Shown here piece by piece: positions 9,502-19,186 of a DNA stretch of 64,000 bases (positions are counted from its first letter, which is position 1; each line of letters begins with the position of its first letter). Under the pieces are notes generated by a model that saw nothing but the letters and a program-made list of their open reading frames with translations, made no database searches and was not told the DNA's origin. This DNA is from an uncultured Alphaproteobacteria bacterium (GTDB lineage Bacteria > Pseudomonadota > Alphaproteobacteria > HIMB59 > GCA-002718135), in contig CACFLO010000001.1 in the NCBI GenBank assembly GCA_902567135.1, forward strand, positions 49,748 to 113,747. Direction: 5' to 3'. Position numbers and translations under genes: made by a program.

Positions 9502-10083
9502 ATGACATTAAAATATCAAATAATTAATAAAAAAGATCTTTACTCAGGTTTCTTTAAATTGAAAAAATTAGAATTTATTCATCAAAAACACGATGGAAGC
9601 TGGACTGATAAAGTAGATCGAGAAATTTTTAGTGGGGCTCATGTATCTACTTTAATACCATATGATCCTGTAAGAAAAGAAATTGTGTTAATTCAACAAT
9701 TCAGAGCAGGAGTGATATCAAGATATGATGATGACTATCTTTACGAAATTGTAGCAGGTATTATAGATAAAAATGAGTCGCCTGAAGAAACTGCTATAAG
9801 AGAATGTGATGAGGAAACTGGTTGTAAAGTAAATAAGATTACACCTATTCAGGGCTATTTTCCATCTCCTGGGGCATCAGAATCCTATTATCATTTGTTT
9901 TTAGGTGAAGTAAATTCATTTGAAGGTGAAAGAATAATGGGGCTTAAAAGTGAAAATGAAAATATATTAGTTAAATCTTATAAAGTTGAACAAGTAAAAA
10001 ATATGTTGAAGAATAAAGAAATTAAAAATGGTTTAACGCTTATAGCACTTCAATGGTTCTTTTTAGAGTATTATAAAAACTAA
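9502..10083 (+). CDS. nudF: ADP-ribose pyrophosphatase (Nudix)
   Basis: Nudix box GIIDKNESPEETAIRECDEETG; QFR, SPG, ENI and LQW motifs of NudF. Confidence 0.85.
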   Translation: MTLKYQIINKKDLYSGFFKLKKLEFIHQKHDGSWTDKVDREIFSGAHVSTLIPYDPVRKEIVLIQQFRAGVISRYDDDYLYEIVAGIIDKNESPEETAIRECDEETGCKVNKITPIQGYFPSPGASESYYHLFLGEVNSFEGERIMGLKSENENILVKSYKVEQVKNMLKNKEIKNGLTLIALQWFFLEYYKN

Positions 10084-10418
10084 GTGCCTAAACCTCTTTC
10101 ATAGGGTTGAACTAATTCTTTACAAATTAGCATCATATCAAGAGTCTCGATTTTTTTATCAATTGTTTGGTATTCTTGACATTCATAAATTTCATCATCT
10201 TTTTGCAAAACAGTAACAAATAGAAGTATATATAAACCATTGACTGTCTCAATATTGTTTATAGCATAACTTTTTACTTCAAAACCTTCATTAATTAGAT
10301 CTTTATAAGTTTTTTCAGACTCTTGCCATTGATCTATATTAGGATTGGCGTACGATATAGACGTAAAAAATAAAAATACGATACAAGTAAAAAACAATTT
10401 TAATTTTCTTTTAACCAT
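10080..10418 (-). CDS. Hypothetical secreted protein
   Basis: Signal-peptide-like N-terminus ending SYA; two Cys in the mature part; overlaps the 3' end of the peroxiredoxin gene. Confidence 0.65.
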   Translation of the reverse strand: MVKRKLKLFFTCIVFLFFTSISYANPNIDQWQESEKTYKDLINEGFEVKSYAINNIETVNGLYILLFVTVLQKDDEIYECQEYQTIDKKIETLDMMLICKELVQPYERGLGT

Positions 10419-10945
10419 TTTAAAACACCATCTATATGTTTATCTATTGGATATATAGGATAAAAAACTTTTTTAACAATTTTTTTTTCAACAATTAAAG
10501 TTAAGCGTTTTAAGTAGATTTTATCCTCAACTAAAAATGTTGGGAGGTTCAAAGCGTTCTTGAGTTCTAATTTTTCATCACTTAATACGTCAAATGGCAC
10601 ACTAAGACGATTAGTCATTTCTTTATTGTAATTAACGCTTTGAGTTGAAATTCCAATAGGGACTGCATTTAAACCAATAAGATCATCATAATTATCTCTA
10701 AATTTACATGTTTGTAATGTGCAGCCATTTGCTCCAGGAATTTTATTCCAATTTTCAGGAAGTGGCATGTCTGGTCTTCCGGTCATAGGAAAAAAGTAGA
10801 GTATCATTCTAAAAGTATCTGAGCGATCAAGTCGCAAATAATTTCCTTCTTGATTTGGCAATGAAATGCTAGGGATATTTAAATTTTTTAGATGATTTGC
10901 TGCATCATCATCTACTGGTATAGGAAATTTTTGACTTACACTCAT
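10400..10945 (-). CDS. Peroxiredoxin (BCP/PrxQ-like)
   Basis: YFFPMTGRP...IPGANGCTLQTC, GISTQ, LSD, KRLTL. Confidence 0.85.
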   Translation of the reverse strand: MSVSQKFPIPVDDDAANHLKNLNIPSISLPNQEGNYLRLDRSDTFRMILYFFPMTGRPDMPLPENWNKIPGANGCTLQTCKFRDNYDDLIGLNAVPIGISTQSVNYNKEMTNRLSVPFDVLSDEKLELKNALNLPTFLVEDKIYLKRLTLIVEKKIVKKVFYPIYPIDKHIDGVLKWLKEN

Positions 10946-10989
10946 TATTGTATTGTAATAATAGCCTCTTTATATCATAACAACTTATT

Positions 10990-11928
10990 ATGACTCAAAT
11001 AAAACCAACAGCGGGTCAAACAACCCCTCGCTTTGCAGATATCGCAACTTTTTTCCGTTTACCTATAGTTAAGGACTTAAATAAATTAGACTATTGTATT
11101 TGTGGAATACCATGGGATGGAGGAACAACTAATAGGCCTGGCGCAAGACATGGGCCAAGAGAAATTAGAAATGCTTCTTCACTTATCAGAACATATCACC
11201 CATCATCATTAAAAAGCCCATACGATAATTATCAAATTGCAGACATCGGTGATTGCCCAGTGAATCCTGCAGATCTACAAGACTCACTTAATAAAATAAC
11301 TAGTTTTTATAACAAAATTGCTGAAACAAAAACAATACCACTTTCTATAGGAGGTGATCATCTTATTTCTCTTCCAATATTAAGAGCATTAGCAAAAAAT
11401 AAACCTGTGGGAATGTTTCAATTCGATTCTCATTCAGATACATGGGATACATACTTTGGCGGATTTAAATATACTCACGGAACTCCATTTAGAAGAGCTA
11501 TTGAAGAAAATCTTATTGATCCTAAAAAATATGTCATTCTCGGTTTGCGAGGTGGTCTTTATGACCCTGATGACTTAACTTGGGCAATAGATCAAGGAGT
11601 CACAATAATATCAACTGATAAATTTTATGAAATCGGTTTTAAAGAAACAATTAAAATAATAAAAGATATATTAGCAGATACTCCAACTTACTTCACCTTT
11701 GATATTGATGGAATTGATCCAACATTTGCTCCTGGAACAGGAACTCCTGAAGTTGGAGGGATTAATGTTAGAGAATCTCAATTAATTATAAGAGAATTAA
11801 GGGATTTGCATTTTATTGGAGCAGATGTTGTTGAAGTATCTCCTCCATTTGATCTTAACAATATGACTTCATTAGTTGGTGCAACAATAGCTTTTGAAAT
11901 ACTGTGCACTATGACAAAAACAAATTAG
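10990..11928 (+). CDS. Ureohydrolase, guanidinopropionase (GpuA)/agmatinase type
   Basis: PRFADIATFFRLP, PWDGGTTNRPGARHGPRE, GGDH, DSHSD, THGTPFRRA, DIDG, PGTGTPEVGG, DVVEVSPPFD. Confidence 0.85.
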   Translation: MTQIKPTAGQTTPRFADIATFFRLPIVKDLNKLDYCICGIPWDGGTTNRPGARHGPREIRNASSLIRTYHPSSLKSPYDNYQIADIGDCPVNPADLQDSLNKITSFYNKIAETKTIPLSIGGDHLISLPILRALAKNKPVGMFQFDSHSDTWDTYFGGFKYTHGTPFRRAIEENLIDPKKYVILGLRGGLYDPDDLTWAIDQGVTIISTDKFYEIGFKETIKIIKDILADTPTYFTFDIDGIDPTFAPGTGTPEVGGINVRESQLIIRELRDLHFIGADVVEVSPPFDLNNMTSLVGATIAFEILCTMTKTN

Positions 11929-11939
11929 TATTATTCAAA

Positions 11940-12950
11940 CTAGCTCTTGGGTAAGGCACATCTTTCATCAATAATTTTTGCATTTTTTAATTCTTTCCAT
12001 AGGTCATTTGGAATTTTTATATTCAAATTAGATATATTATTATTAATTTGATCTTCTCTATCCATACCTATTACAAGAGAAGCGACCTGTTTATTAGCAT
12101 AACAAAACTGCAATGCTGCAGCTGGTACTGAAACATTATACCTATTACAAATGCTTAATATTTCATTATATTTTATCTTTATATTCTCTGGAATTTTATC
12201 ATAAAAATAAGTTATATTATCTCCAATACCCTTTGCAAGAATGCCAGAATTAAAAACCCCTCCAAGAATTATACCAATATTTTTTTCTTCAGCAATGGGT
12301 AGGCAGTCATCAAGCGCGCTTTGATCTAATAACGTATATCTACCTGCTAACAATATGCAGTCGAAATCACCTTCTTCTGCAAATCTTCTGCATATATCGG
12401 AATTATTTACACCTACACCAATTGCCTTAATAACTTTTTCTTCTTTTAATTTAGATATTGCCTTGTAAGCTCCTTTCATTGCAATTTTAAAATAATGATC
12501 TACTTGCTCTCCATACGTATAAGTATCAACGTCATGAATTAAACAGATATCAATTTTTGATGTATTCAATCTATGTAAAGATTGCTCAAAAGATTTCATT
12601 ACACCATCATATGAATAGTCTACATTTGGAATGAAGTTTAATCCACCTGCCCATTTTCCTCTATTTATTTTTTCTTCTTTTTGTGGTGTTAAGTATCTTC
12701 CAACTTTTGTAGATAAATAATAACTATCTAAATTTAATGTTTTTAGAAAACTCCCTAATCGATGTTCACTTAGTCCATTTCCATAATAAGGGGAAGTATC
12801 ATACAGATTTATATTAGAGTCATTGCAACGCGCTAGAGTTTTATAACAAGTTGCATCATCTAACTTTTCAAACAAATTTCCAATAGGTGCGCCACCAAAG
12901 CCCATTGATGATAAATATATATCAGTATTACCCAATTTTCTTTTTTGCAT
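11940..12950 (-). CDS. Aldo/keto reductase, D-threo-aldose (L-fucose) 1-dehydrogenase-like
   Basis: GFGGAPIGNL, DTSPYYG.GLSE, STKVGR, DYSYDG, IHDVD, LLAGRYTLLDQ, GGVFNSGILA. Confidence 0.8.
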   Translation of the reverse strand: MQKRKLGNTDIYLSSMGFGGAPIGNLFEKLDDATCYKTLARCNDSNINLYDTSPYYGNGLSEHRLGSFLKTLNLDSYYLSTKVGRYLTPQKEEKINRGKWAGGLNFIPNVDYSYDGVMKSFEQSLHRLNTSKIDICLIHDVDTYTYGEQVDHYFKIAMKGAYKAISKLKEEKVIKAIGVGVNNSDICRRFAEEGDFDCILLAGRYTLLDQSALDDCLPIAEEKNIGIILGGVFNSGILAKGIGDNITYFYDKIPENIKIKYNEILSICNRYNVSVPAAALQFCYANKQVASLVIGMDREDQINNNISNLNIKIPNDLWKELKNAKIIDERCALPKS

Positions 12951-12978
12951 AATTGAATAATATTTTATACAGCAAAAA

Positions 12979-13548
12979 TTAGAGGTACGAAACTAAACCT
13001 ATTTCTTTTCTAAATCGATCTCTTATTGTAACAGCATTAAGAGGTATTGGTTTTATTGGCACATTTCCTGACTTAATTTTTGATATAATAACATAAGAAT
13101 TATTTTTATCAGCCAGAGCTTTTTGTAAATTTTCATTTGTTTCTTCACCTGAGCATTCAATTACATTTTTGCAACCAGATCCAATAGCAACATTCTTTAA
13201 AGATGTACTTTCATTGGTAAAAGTTTTTTGATCACCTGTTGATCCGTATGAGCCATTATCAACAATAAGAAGTGTATAATTAGATGGAGCTCTATTACCA
13301 ATTGTTGCAAGGGTGTTCATATTCATTAAAACTGATCCATCACCATCAATACTTATAACATTTTTATCAATGGATAATGATAAGCCTAAACCAATTGATG
13401 ATGCTAACCCCATACTACCCAACATATAAAAGTAATTTGGACGGTCATTAATTTTATATAATTCTTGTGAAGGCAAACCAATGTTGCAGATCACAAGTTC
13501 ATTTTCAATTGTTTGTTGCAAAAGATTTAATAATTCAAATCTATTCAT
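12979..13548 (-). CDS. comE: Sulfopyruvate decarboxylase beta subunit
   Basis: NIGLPSQEL, FYMLGSMGLASSIGLG, ThDP motif DGDGSVLMN...DNGSYGSTG. Confidence 0.88.
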   Translation of the reverse strand: MNRFELLNLLQQTIENELVICNIGLPSQELYKINDRPNYFYMLGSMGLASSIGLGLSLSIDKNVISIDGDGSVLMNMNTLATIGNRAPSNYTLLIVDNGSYGSTGDQKTFTNESTSLKNVAIGSGCKNVIECSGEETNENLQKALADKNNSYVIISKIKSGNVPIKPIPLNAVTIRDRFRKEIGLVSYL

Positions 13549-14046
13549 TTAATCATCCTCCATTAAATTAAAATTAAAAAGCACAGCTACAGGACTTTCA
13601 ATTACTTTGGCATGATTAGTAAAAGTTGAAATTTTATCTAAATCTTCTTCAATATTACAATGAAGCATTGGTATTCGAAGTGTGTTAAGAATATCTTCTG
13701 TGACACTTCCCATGCCGCCCTGAGCTCCCACAGGTTCCCCAGGAGTTCCTCGGTAGCTTATTAAGAAAACTACAGGTATTTGATATAATTGAAGAAGAGA
13801 AACTATAGAGTTTACTGAATTGCCAATACCAGTATTCTGCATCATAATACAAGGAAGTTTATTGCCAAGATAAGCTCCAGCGCAAATTCCCATTCCCTCT
13901 TCTTCTCTAGGAATAGCTGAATAATAAATTTCTTTATCATTCTCTAATATAGTGATCATATTAGCTAATAGTTTACATGGAACACTAAGAAAAAAATCAG
14001 CGCCGCCTGATTTTAAATTTGTTATAATCTTTTGGCTAATTTTCAT
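13549..14046 (-). CDS. comD: Sulfopyruvate decarboxylase alpha subunit
   Basis: SVPC, REEEGMGICAGAYL, MQNTGIGN, ISYRG; abuts comE. Confidence 0.88.
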   Translation of the reverse strand: MKISQKIITNLKSGGADFFLSVPCKLLANMITILENDKEIYYSAIPREEEGMGICAGAYLGNKLPCIMMQNTGIGNSVNSIVSLLQLYQIPVVFLISYRGTPGEPVGAQGGMGSVTEDILNTLRIPMLHCNIEEDLDKISTFTNHAKVIESPVAVLFNFNLMEDD

Positions 14047-14095
14047 CGTTTTAATTTAATACTAAAATAAAATTATAAAACAAGATTTTGTTTTA

Positions 14096-15145
14096 TTAAA
14101 AATTGTTACGTAATTTAATCTTTATTTTAGATATATAATTGTTATTTTTTCTCAATATTGGAGAAGGAAAATTAGGATGATTAACCGCATCAGGATAATG
14201 TTGAGGCTCTAAACACATGCCATATTGAGGGCCGTATGACTTATTATACTTGCCAATATATTTATCCAACATCATATTGCCTGTATAAAACTGAATACCA
14301 TGTTGATTAGTAAAATATTCAACTCCCATTCCAGTTTTTTTACTATAAATCTTAGCGGCTGACTCTCTCATGGACTGATCTTTTAAAACATAGTTATGAT
14401 CAATTCCTCCAGAATTAAGAAATTCTTTACTTATTAAAAATTTATTCTTTAAATTAAATTTTGTATCTTCAATATTTATAATTTTACCAGTAGGGATAGA
14501 TTGTTCATCAGTCTCACATATCGAATTAGAATTAATATGTACAACATGATCTTCATTGTTTTGATAATGATCTCCGTGACCATGAAAATTCCAATAATTA
14601 TGGTTTGTAAGATTAACTAAAGTATCTTGATCTGAAATGGCTTGAAAATTTATCAAAATTTCGTTGTTATTATTTAATTCATAAATAACTTTACAATCTA
14701 GATTGCCTGGATAGTTTTCTTCCATATCGGGTGAAAGATAACTCATCACACATTTGATAGAATTTGATTTTTCCTCAATATTATCTATTTTCCATATTTT
14801 TTTATTAAAACCAACTTTACCTCCATGGAGATGATTTGGTGGAGTGTTCGGATATAATTGATAATAATTTTTATCTAAAGAGAACTTTGCAGATCCTATT
14901 CTATTTGCTACTCTTCCAATAATAGAATTAAAATAACCGTTTGACTCCAAAACGCCTTCGATATTACCATAGCCTAAAAGAACATCCTCAGTTTTATCTT
15001 CTTGATTCATCATAGGTATATTAACCTCATGAATGTATCCACCATAGGTATAAAATTTAAAGCTAAAATTATTATCGTTATGCACTTCAACTGACTCTAT
15101 ATTTAATTGAGATGGGTTATCTATTTTTTCTACTTTAACTTTCAT
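14096..15145 (-). CDS. galM: Aldose 1-epimerase (mutarotase)
   Basis: GRVANRI, HLHGG, NLTNHNYWN, DHNY, QFYTG, CLEPQHYPD. Confidence 0.9.
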   Translation of the reverse strand: MKVKVEKIDNPSQLNIESVEVHNDNNFSFKFYTYGGYIHEVNIPMMNQEDKTEDVLLGYGNIEGVLESNGYFNSIIGRVANRIGSAKFSLDKNYYQLYPNTPPNHLHGGKVGFNKKIWKIDNIEEKSNSIKCVMSYLSPDMEENYPGNLDCKVIYELNNNNEILINFQAISDQDTLVNLTNHNYWNFHGHGDHYQNNEDHVVHINSNSICETDEQSIPTGKIINIEDTKFNLKNKFLISKEFLNSGGIDHNYVLKDQSMRESAAKIYSKKTGMGVEYFTNQHGIQFYTGNMMLDKYIGKYNKSYGPQYGMCLEPQHYPDAVNHPNFPSPILRKNNNYISKIKIKLRNNF

Positions 15146-16044
15146 TACACTTTTCTATCTCTTGTTTTTGATAAATTATTTTGACGTAAATATATAATTA
15201 TACCTCCAGCAACTATAAATAAAGCACCTGGAAATAATTGATCTACTGGCCACTCTTTAAAGAAAATCCAACCCAAAATTAAAGCAAAAAATATTTCAAT
15301 ATAATCAAAGGGCATAATTTTACTAAGTTCTGCTTTTCTAGAACCATAAATTAATAATAAAACACCTGTTCCACCTGTAAAACCCATTAAAAACAATATA
15401 AACAAATCATATAAACTTTTGAAATTTTCCCACATATTAAATGTAATAACCAAAAGGATTGCACAGATTAAAGTGCCAATATTGGCGTAAAGATTTATTA
15501 ATGGCACGGGGGTATCATTTGAAAAATTTAAGGCTGTTATTCTTGCAAGAGAATAACCAAAAGCAGCCATTACAGGAAGTAACATATAAAAATTAAAGCT
15601 TTCAGACCAAGGTCGCATAATGAATATTATACCCACAAAACCTGTTAATACGGCTAATGTTTTATACCATCCAAATTTTTCACCAAGTAGTGGTATTGCT
15701 AATAATGTAACCATCATTGGTCCTGTGTACTCCATTGTTGCAACTAAAGCATAAGGTAAATAAAGATACGAGGTATATAAACATAGTTGAGCAAAAGACA
15801 TAATTAGGCCCCTTGCTAAACCAAAACGCCATCTTTTTATCACTAATTTTTTTCCACTAGCATGCCAGTCTTGTGAAAAATACAATGCAATAAAACAAGG
15901 TATCATTCCAAACAGATTTCTAAATACTGATAATTGAGCAGCTGGATAATCGTCTCTGAGGTATTTTATTGCAATACCCATACAGTCTAATAAAAATAAT
16001 CCAGATAAGGAAAGCGCAACTGCTATAAATAAATTACTTTTCAC
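15145..16044 (-). CDS. DMT/EamA family transporter
   Basis: Ten TM segments, LLGEK motif; GTG at 16044 overlaps the upstream TGA (GTGA). Confidence 0.8.
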   Translation of the reverse strand: MKSNLFIAVALSLSGLFLLDCMGIAIKYLRDDYPAAQLSVFRNLFGMIPCFIALYFSQDWHASGKKLVIKRWRFGLARGLIMSFAQLCLYTSYLYLPYALVATMEYTGPMMVTLLAIPLLGEKFGWYKTLAVLTGFVGIIFIMRPWSESFNFYMLLPVMAAFGYSLARITALNFSNDTPVPLINLYANIGTLICAILLVITFNMWENFKSLYDLFILFLMGFTGGTGVLLLIYGSRKAELSKIMPFDYIEIFFALILGWIFFKEWPVDQLFPGALFIVAGGIIIYLRQNNLSKTRDRKV

Positions 16045-17033
16045 CCACAACTAACGCCACATCGATCTACCCAATGATCTGGCTCAACTTCTTCTAATCC
16101 CATCTCAATATTTCCTTCCTTGCCATCTGGTGAAGCGTGAGGGCATCTTGTTCTAAAAACACATCCGGAAGGTGGGTTCATTGCACTAGGTATCTCTCCT
16201 TCAAGCTCAATAGCTTTTGATTTATTTTCAGGATCAATAGACGGAATAGAAGATAGTAATGCTTTTGTATAAGGATGTCTTGGATTTCTAAACAACTCTC
16301 TTGAAGGAGCCATCTCAACAATGTGACCAAGATACATTACAGCAACAATATCACAAACGTGAGCTACAACACTTAAATCATGGCTTATAAATAAATATGT
16401 TAAATTTAACTCATTTTGAAGTTGCTTTAAAAGATTTAATATATCAGCTTGAATTGAGACATCTAATGCAGCAACACTTTCATCCGCTACAATAAATTTT
16501 GGATTACTAACTAGTGCTCTTGCAATTGAAATACGTTGACGCTGACCCCCAGAAAAAGCATGTGGAAATCTTCTTAAGTGTTCAAGATTTAATCTACATT
16601 TGGCTGCAATATCTCGAACTCTCTCATCAGTTTCTTCTCTAGAATTTGTTATCTTCATAACTTCTAAAGGTTCTGCAATTATATCTCTAACAGTCATTCG
16701 AGGACTAAGTGCAGCGTATGGGTCTTGAAAGATAAGTTGTGCTTTTTTTCTATATTCTTTCATTTCCTTTGAATTAATGGTTGTTAAATCAAAATCTCTG
16801 TCATCATCATGAAAAATTACATTTCCAGTACTTATTTTATTTGCACCTAATATTGCTCTTCCAAGTGTAGTTTTTCCAGATCCAGATTCTCCAACAAGAC
16901 CAAAGAAAGATCCTTTTTTAATCTTAATGTTAATATTATTAACAGCTTTTATTTTTTGCTTCTTTGAAAGAAAATTCTCTTGGTAATCAAAAGATACCGA
17001 AAGATTGTTTACTGATACAATATTTTCACTCAT
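16041..17033 (-). CDS. Peptide/oligosaccharide ABC transporter ATPase (DppF/OppF-like)
   Basis: GESGSGKT, FSGGQRQR, ADESVAALD, HPY domain; ATG at 17033 overlaps the upstream stop. Confidence 0.92.
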   Translation of the reverse strand: MSENIVSVNNLSVSFDYQENFLSKKQKIKAVNNINIKIKKGSFFGLVGESGSGKTTLGRAILGANKISTGNVIFHDDDRDFDLTTINSKEMKEYRKKAQLIFQDPYAALSPRMTVRDIIAEPLEVMKITNSREETDERVRDIAAKCRLNLEHLRRFPHAFSGGQRQRISIARALVSNPKFIVADESVAALDVSIQADILNLLKQLQNELNLTYLFISHDLSVVAHVCDIVAVMYLGHIVEMAPSRELFRNPRHPYTKALLSSIPSIDPENKSKAIELEGEIPSAMNPPSGCVFRTRCPHASPDGKEGNIEMGLEEVEPDHWVDRCGVSCG

Positions 17034-18016
17034 GTTTTTCCACAATCAACACCACATTTATCTAACCAGTGACCTGGTTTAATCTCTACTAAACCCATCT
17101 CAATATTTTCTTCCTTACCTTCCTTTGATGCATGGGGACATCTTGTTCTAAAAACACATCCACTAGGTCTATCTAAAGGACTTGGAATATTGCCTGGAAT
17201 TGGGGTAAGTGCTGCATCTAAATTATTTATATCAGGAAGAGCATTTATTAACCCTTTTGTATAGGGATGCATTGGATTTTTTAAAATTTCATTTACCGGT
17301 CCTTGCTCTACAACACTGCCAAGATACATAACTGCAACATCATCTGCTACTTGAGCAATAACACCAAGATCATGAGTGATAAATATTACACCCATATTGT
17401 ATTCTTTAATAATATCTTTCATTAAATTTATTACCTGTGCTTGAATAGTTACATCTAACGCTGTTGTAGGCTCATCAGCTAACAATAGTTTAGGCATTGT
17501 TGATAAAGCCATAGCAATCATTGCGCGTTGCCTCATTCCTCCAGAGAGCTCAAAAGCATATTGATTAAATCGCTTTTCAGCATCTGCTATCCCTACCCTA
17601 TTTAACATATCTATTGATATATTTTTTGCTTCCTTTTTATCCATTGGTTTATGAATCATAAGTTGCTCAACCATTTGGTAACCAATTTTAATTGCTGGGG
17701 CAAAACTAGCCATTGGTTCTTGAAAAATCATTGAAACTTTTCCACCTCTAATTTTTTTTAAATCATTTTTTGATGTAAATTTTAAAACATTTTCGTCATC
17801 AATTATTATTTCTGCATTATCATTATATATTGTATTTCCTGGATTGAGTTGCATGATAGATTTTGCTGTAACGGATTTACCAGATCCTGACTCACCAACA
17901 ATACCTAAAACCTTTCCTTGATCCAATGTTAAAGAAACATTATCAATTGCTGTTATTCGACCTTCATCAGTATCAAACTTTACATCAAGATTATTTATTT
18001 CTAAAAGATGAGTCAT
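17030..18016 (-). CDS. Peptide/oligosaccharide ABC transporter ATPase (DppD/OppD-like)
   Basis: GESGSGKS, LSGGMRQR, ADEPTTALDVT, HPY domain. Confidence 0.92.
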   Translation of the reverse strand: MTHLLEINNLDVKFDTDEGRITAIDNVSLTLDQGKVLGIVGESGSGKSVTAKSIMQLNPGNTIYNDNAEIIIDDENVLKFTSKNDLKKIRGGKVSMIFQEPMASFAPAIKIGYQMVEQLMIHKPMDKKEAKNISIDMLNRVGIADAEKRFNQYAFELSGGMRQRAMIAMALSTMPKLLLADEPTTALDVTIQAQVINLMKDIIKEYNMGVIFITHDLGVIAQVADDVAVMYLGSVVEQGPVNEILKNPMHPYTKGLINALPDINNLDAALTPIPGNIPSPLDRPSGCVFRTRCPHASKEGKEENIEMGLVEIKPGHWLDKCGVDCGKT

Positions 18017-18022
18017 AGAATA

Positions 18023-19186
18023 TTAATTTTTTGTTTTGTGTGGATCTGCAGCGTCTCGAAGACCATCTCCGACATACACAAATGTTAAAATTAAAACAAC
18101 TAAGAAAAAGACAGGTATAAAATACCATTGATAGTTTAGTAAAACATCTGCCTTTGTTGCATTTTGTAAAAGTACACCCAATGAATTTACAGGTTCTCTT
18201 AAACCTAAGCCTATAAAACTTAGAGCAGTTTCAGATAACAACATGTAAGGAAAGCTGATAACCAGATCAACAATTATGTAGCTTGTAAAACTTGGTAAAA
18301 GATGTCTGATAATTATATGGGTTGATGAAGCTCCACACATTTTAGCTGCAAGAATATATTCTTGACTTCTTTCACTTAATAAATGAGTTCGAACACGTCT
18401 TGCCAAAGTTGGCCAAGATATCAAACCTAATAAACAGGATATAAAGAAAAACCTGAGTTCTGAACTCCATTCAAGGGGTGCAAAAGCGGCAAGACACATA
18501 AATAAAGGTATGGGTGGAACTGTTCGAATAGCATCTGTAAACATTTGCAATAAACTATCAATCCAGCCGCCATAATATCCAGAGATACCTCCAATAATTA
18601 ATGACAAAACGAAAGAGATAAACACTCCCAGTGTTCCAACAGCTAATGAAATATATATTGCACTTAAGGTTCTACTAAATAAATCTTTTCCTGCTTTATC
18701 AGTTCCAAATAGATGAATTCCACCTTCCTCCACACCAAATAAATGCGTATCAAATGTTAGTCCTGGAATTGTAAAATCTAATGCCTTACCTGGAAGATTA
18801 ATACTATAATTAAAATATTTATATTCCCAACCTTTAACAAAAAAATAAACATAGCGTCTTTTTTCAGTATCTGTTTTATAAACCCATCTGAAATTTGTAT
18901 CAGCTCCTCTATACTTTGTTAGAGTATGTAAAAAAGGTCTAGGAGAAAAACCGTTTTCATCCCAAAACATTGGAATTTGTGGAGCACCGTTTTCATAATT
19001 TTTATCACGACCTGCAATTGTAGGATCATATGGAGATAAAAACCCAGAAAAAAGACTGCAAACTATCATAAATAACAAGATAGATCCTGCTATCATCGCT
19101 GAACGGTTTCCAAAGAAACGCGTTCTTACTAATTGCATTTGAGTAGCAGTATAGTACGCTTCTTTCTTTTTTATACTAACTTCCAC
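18023..19186 (-). CDS. ABC permease (DppC-like)
   Basis: GTDKAGKDLFSR, EYILAAKMCGAS, ETALSFIGLG, GDGLRDAADP. Confidence 0.92.
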   Translation of the reverse strand: MEVSIKKKEAYYTATQMQLVRTRFFGNRSAMIAGSILLFMIVCSLFSGFLSPYDPTIAGRDKNYENGAPQIPMFWDENGFSPRPFLHTLTKYRGADTNFRWVYKTDTEKRRYVYFFVKGWEYKYFNYSINLPGKALDFTIPGLTFDTHLFGVEEGGIHLFGTDKAGKDLFSRTLSAIYISLAVGTLGVFISFVLSLIIGGISGYYGGWIDSLLQMFTDAIRTVPPIPLFMCLAAFAPLEWSSELRFFFISCLLGLISWPTLARRVRTHLLSERSQEYILAAKMCGASSTHIIIRHLLPSFTSYIIVDLVISFPYMLLSETALSFIGLGLREPVNSLGVLLQNATKADVLLNYQWYFIPVFFLVVLILTFVYVGDGLRDAADPHKTKN

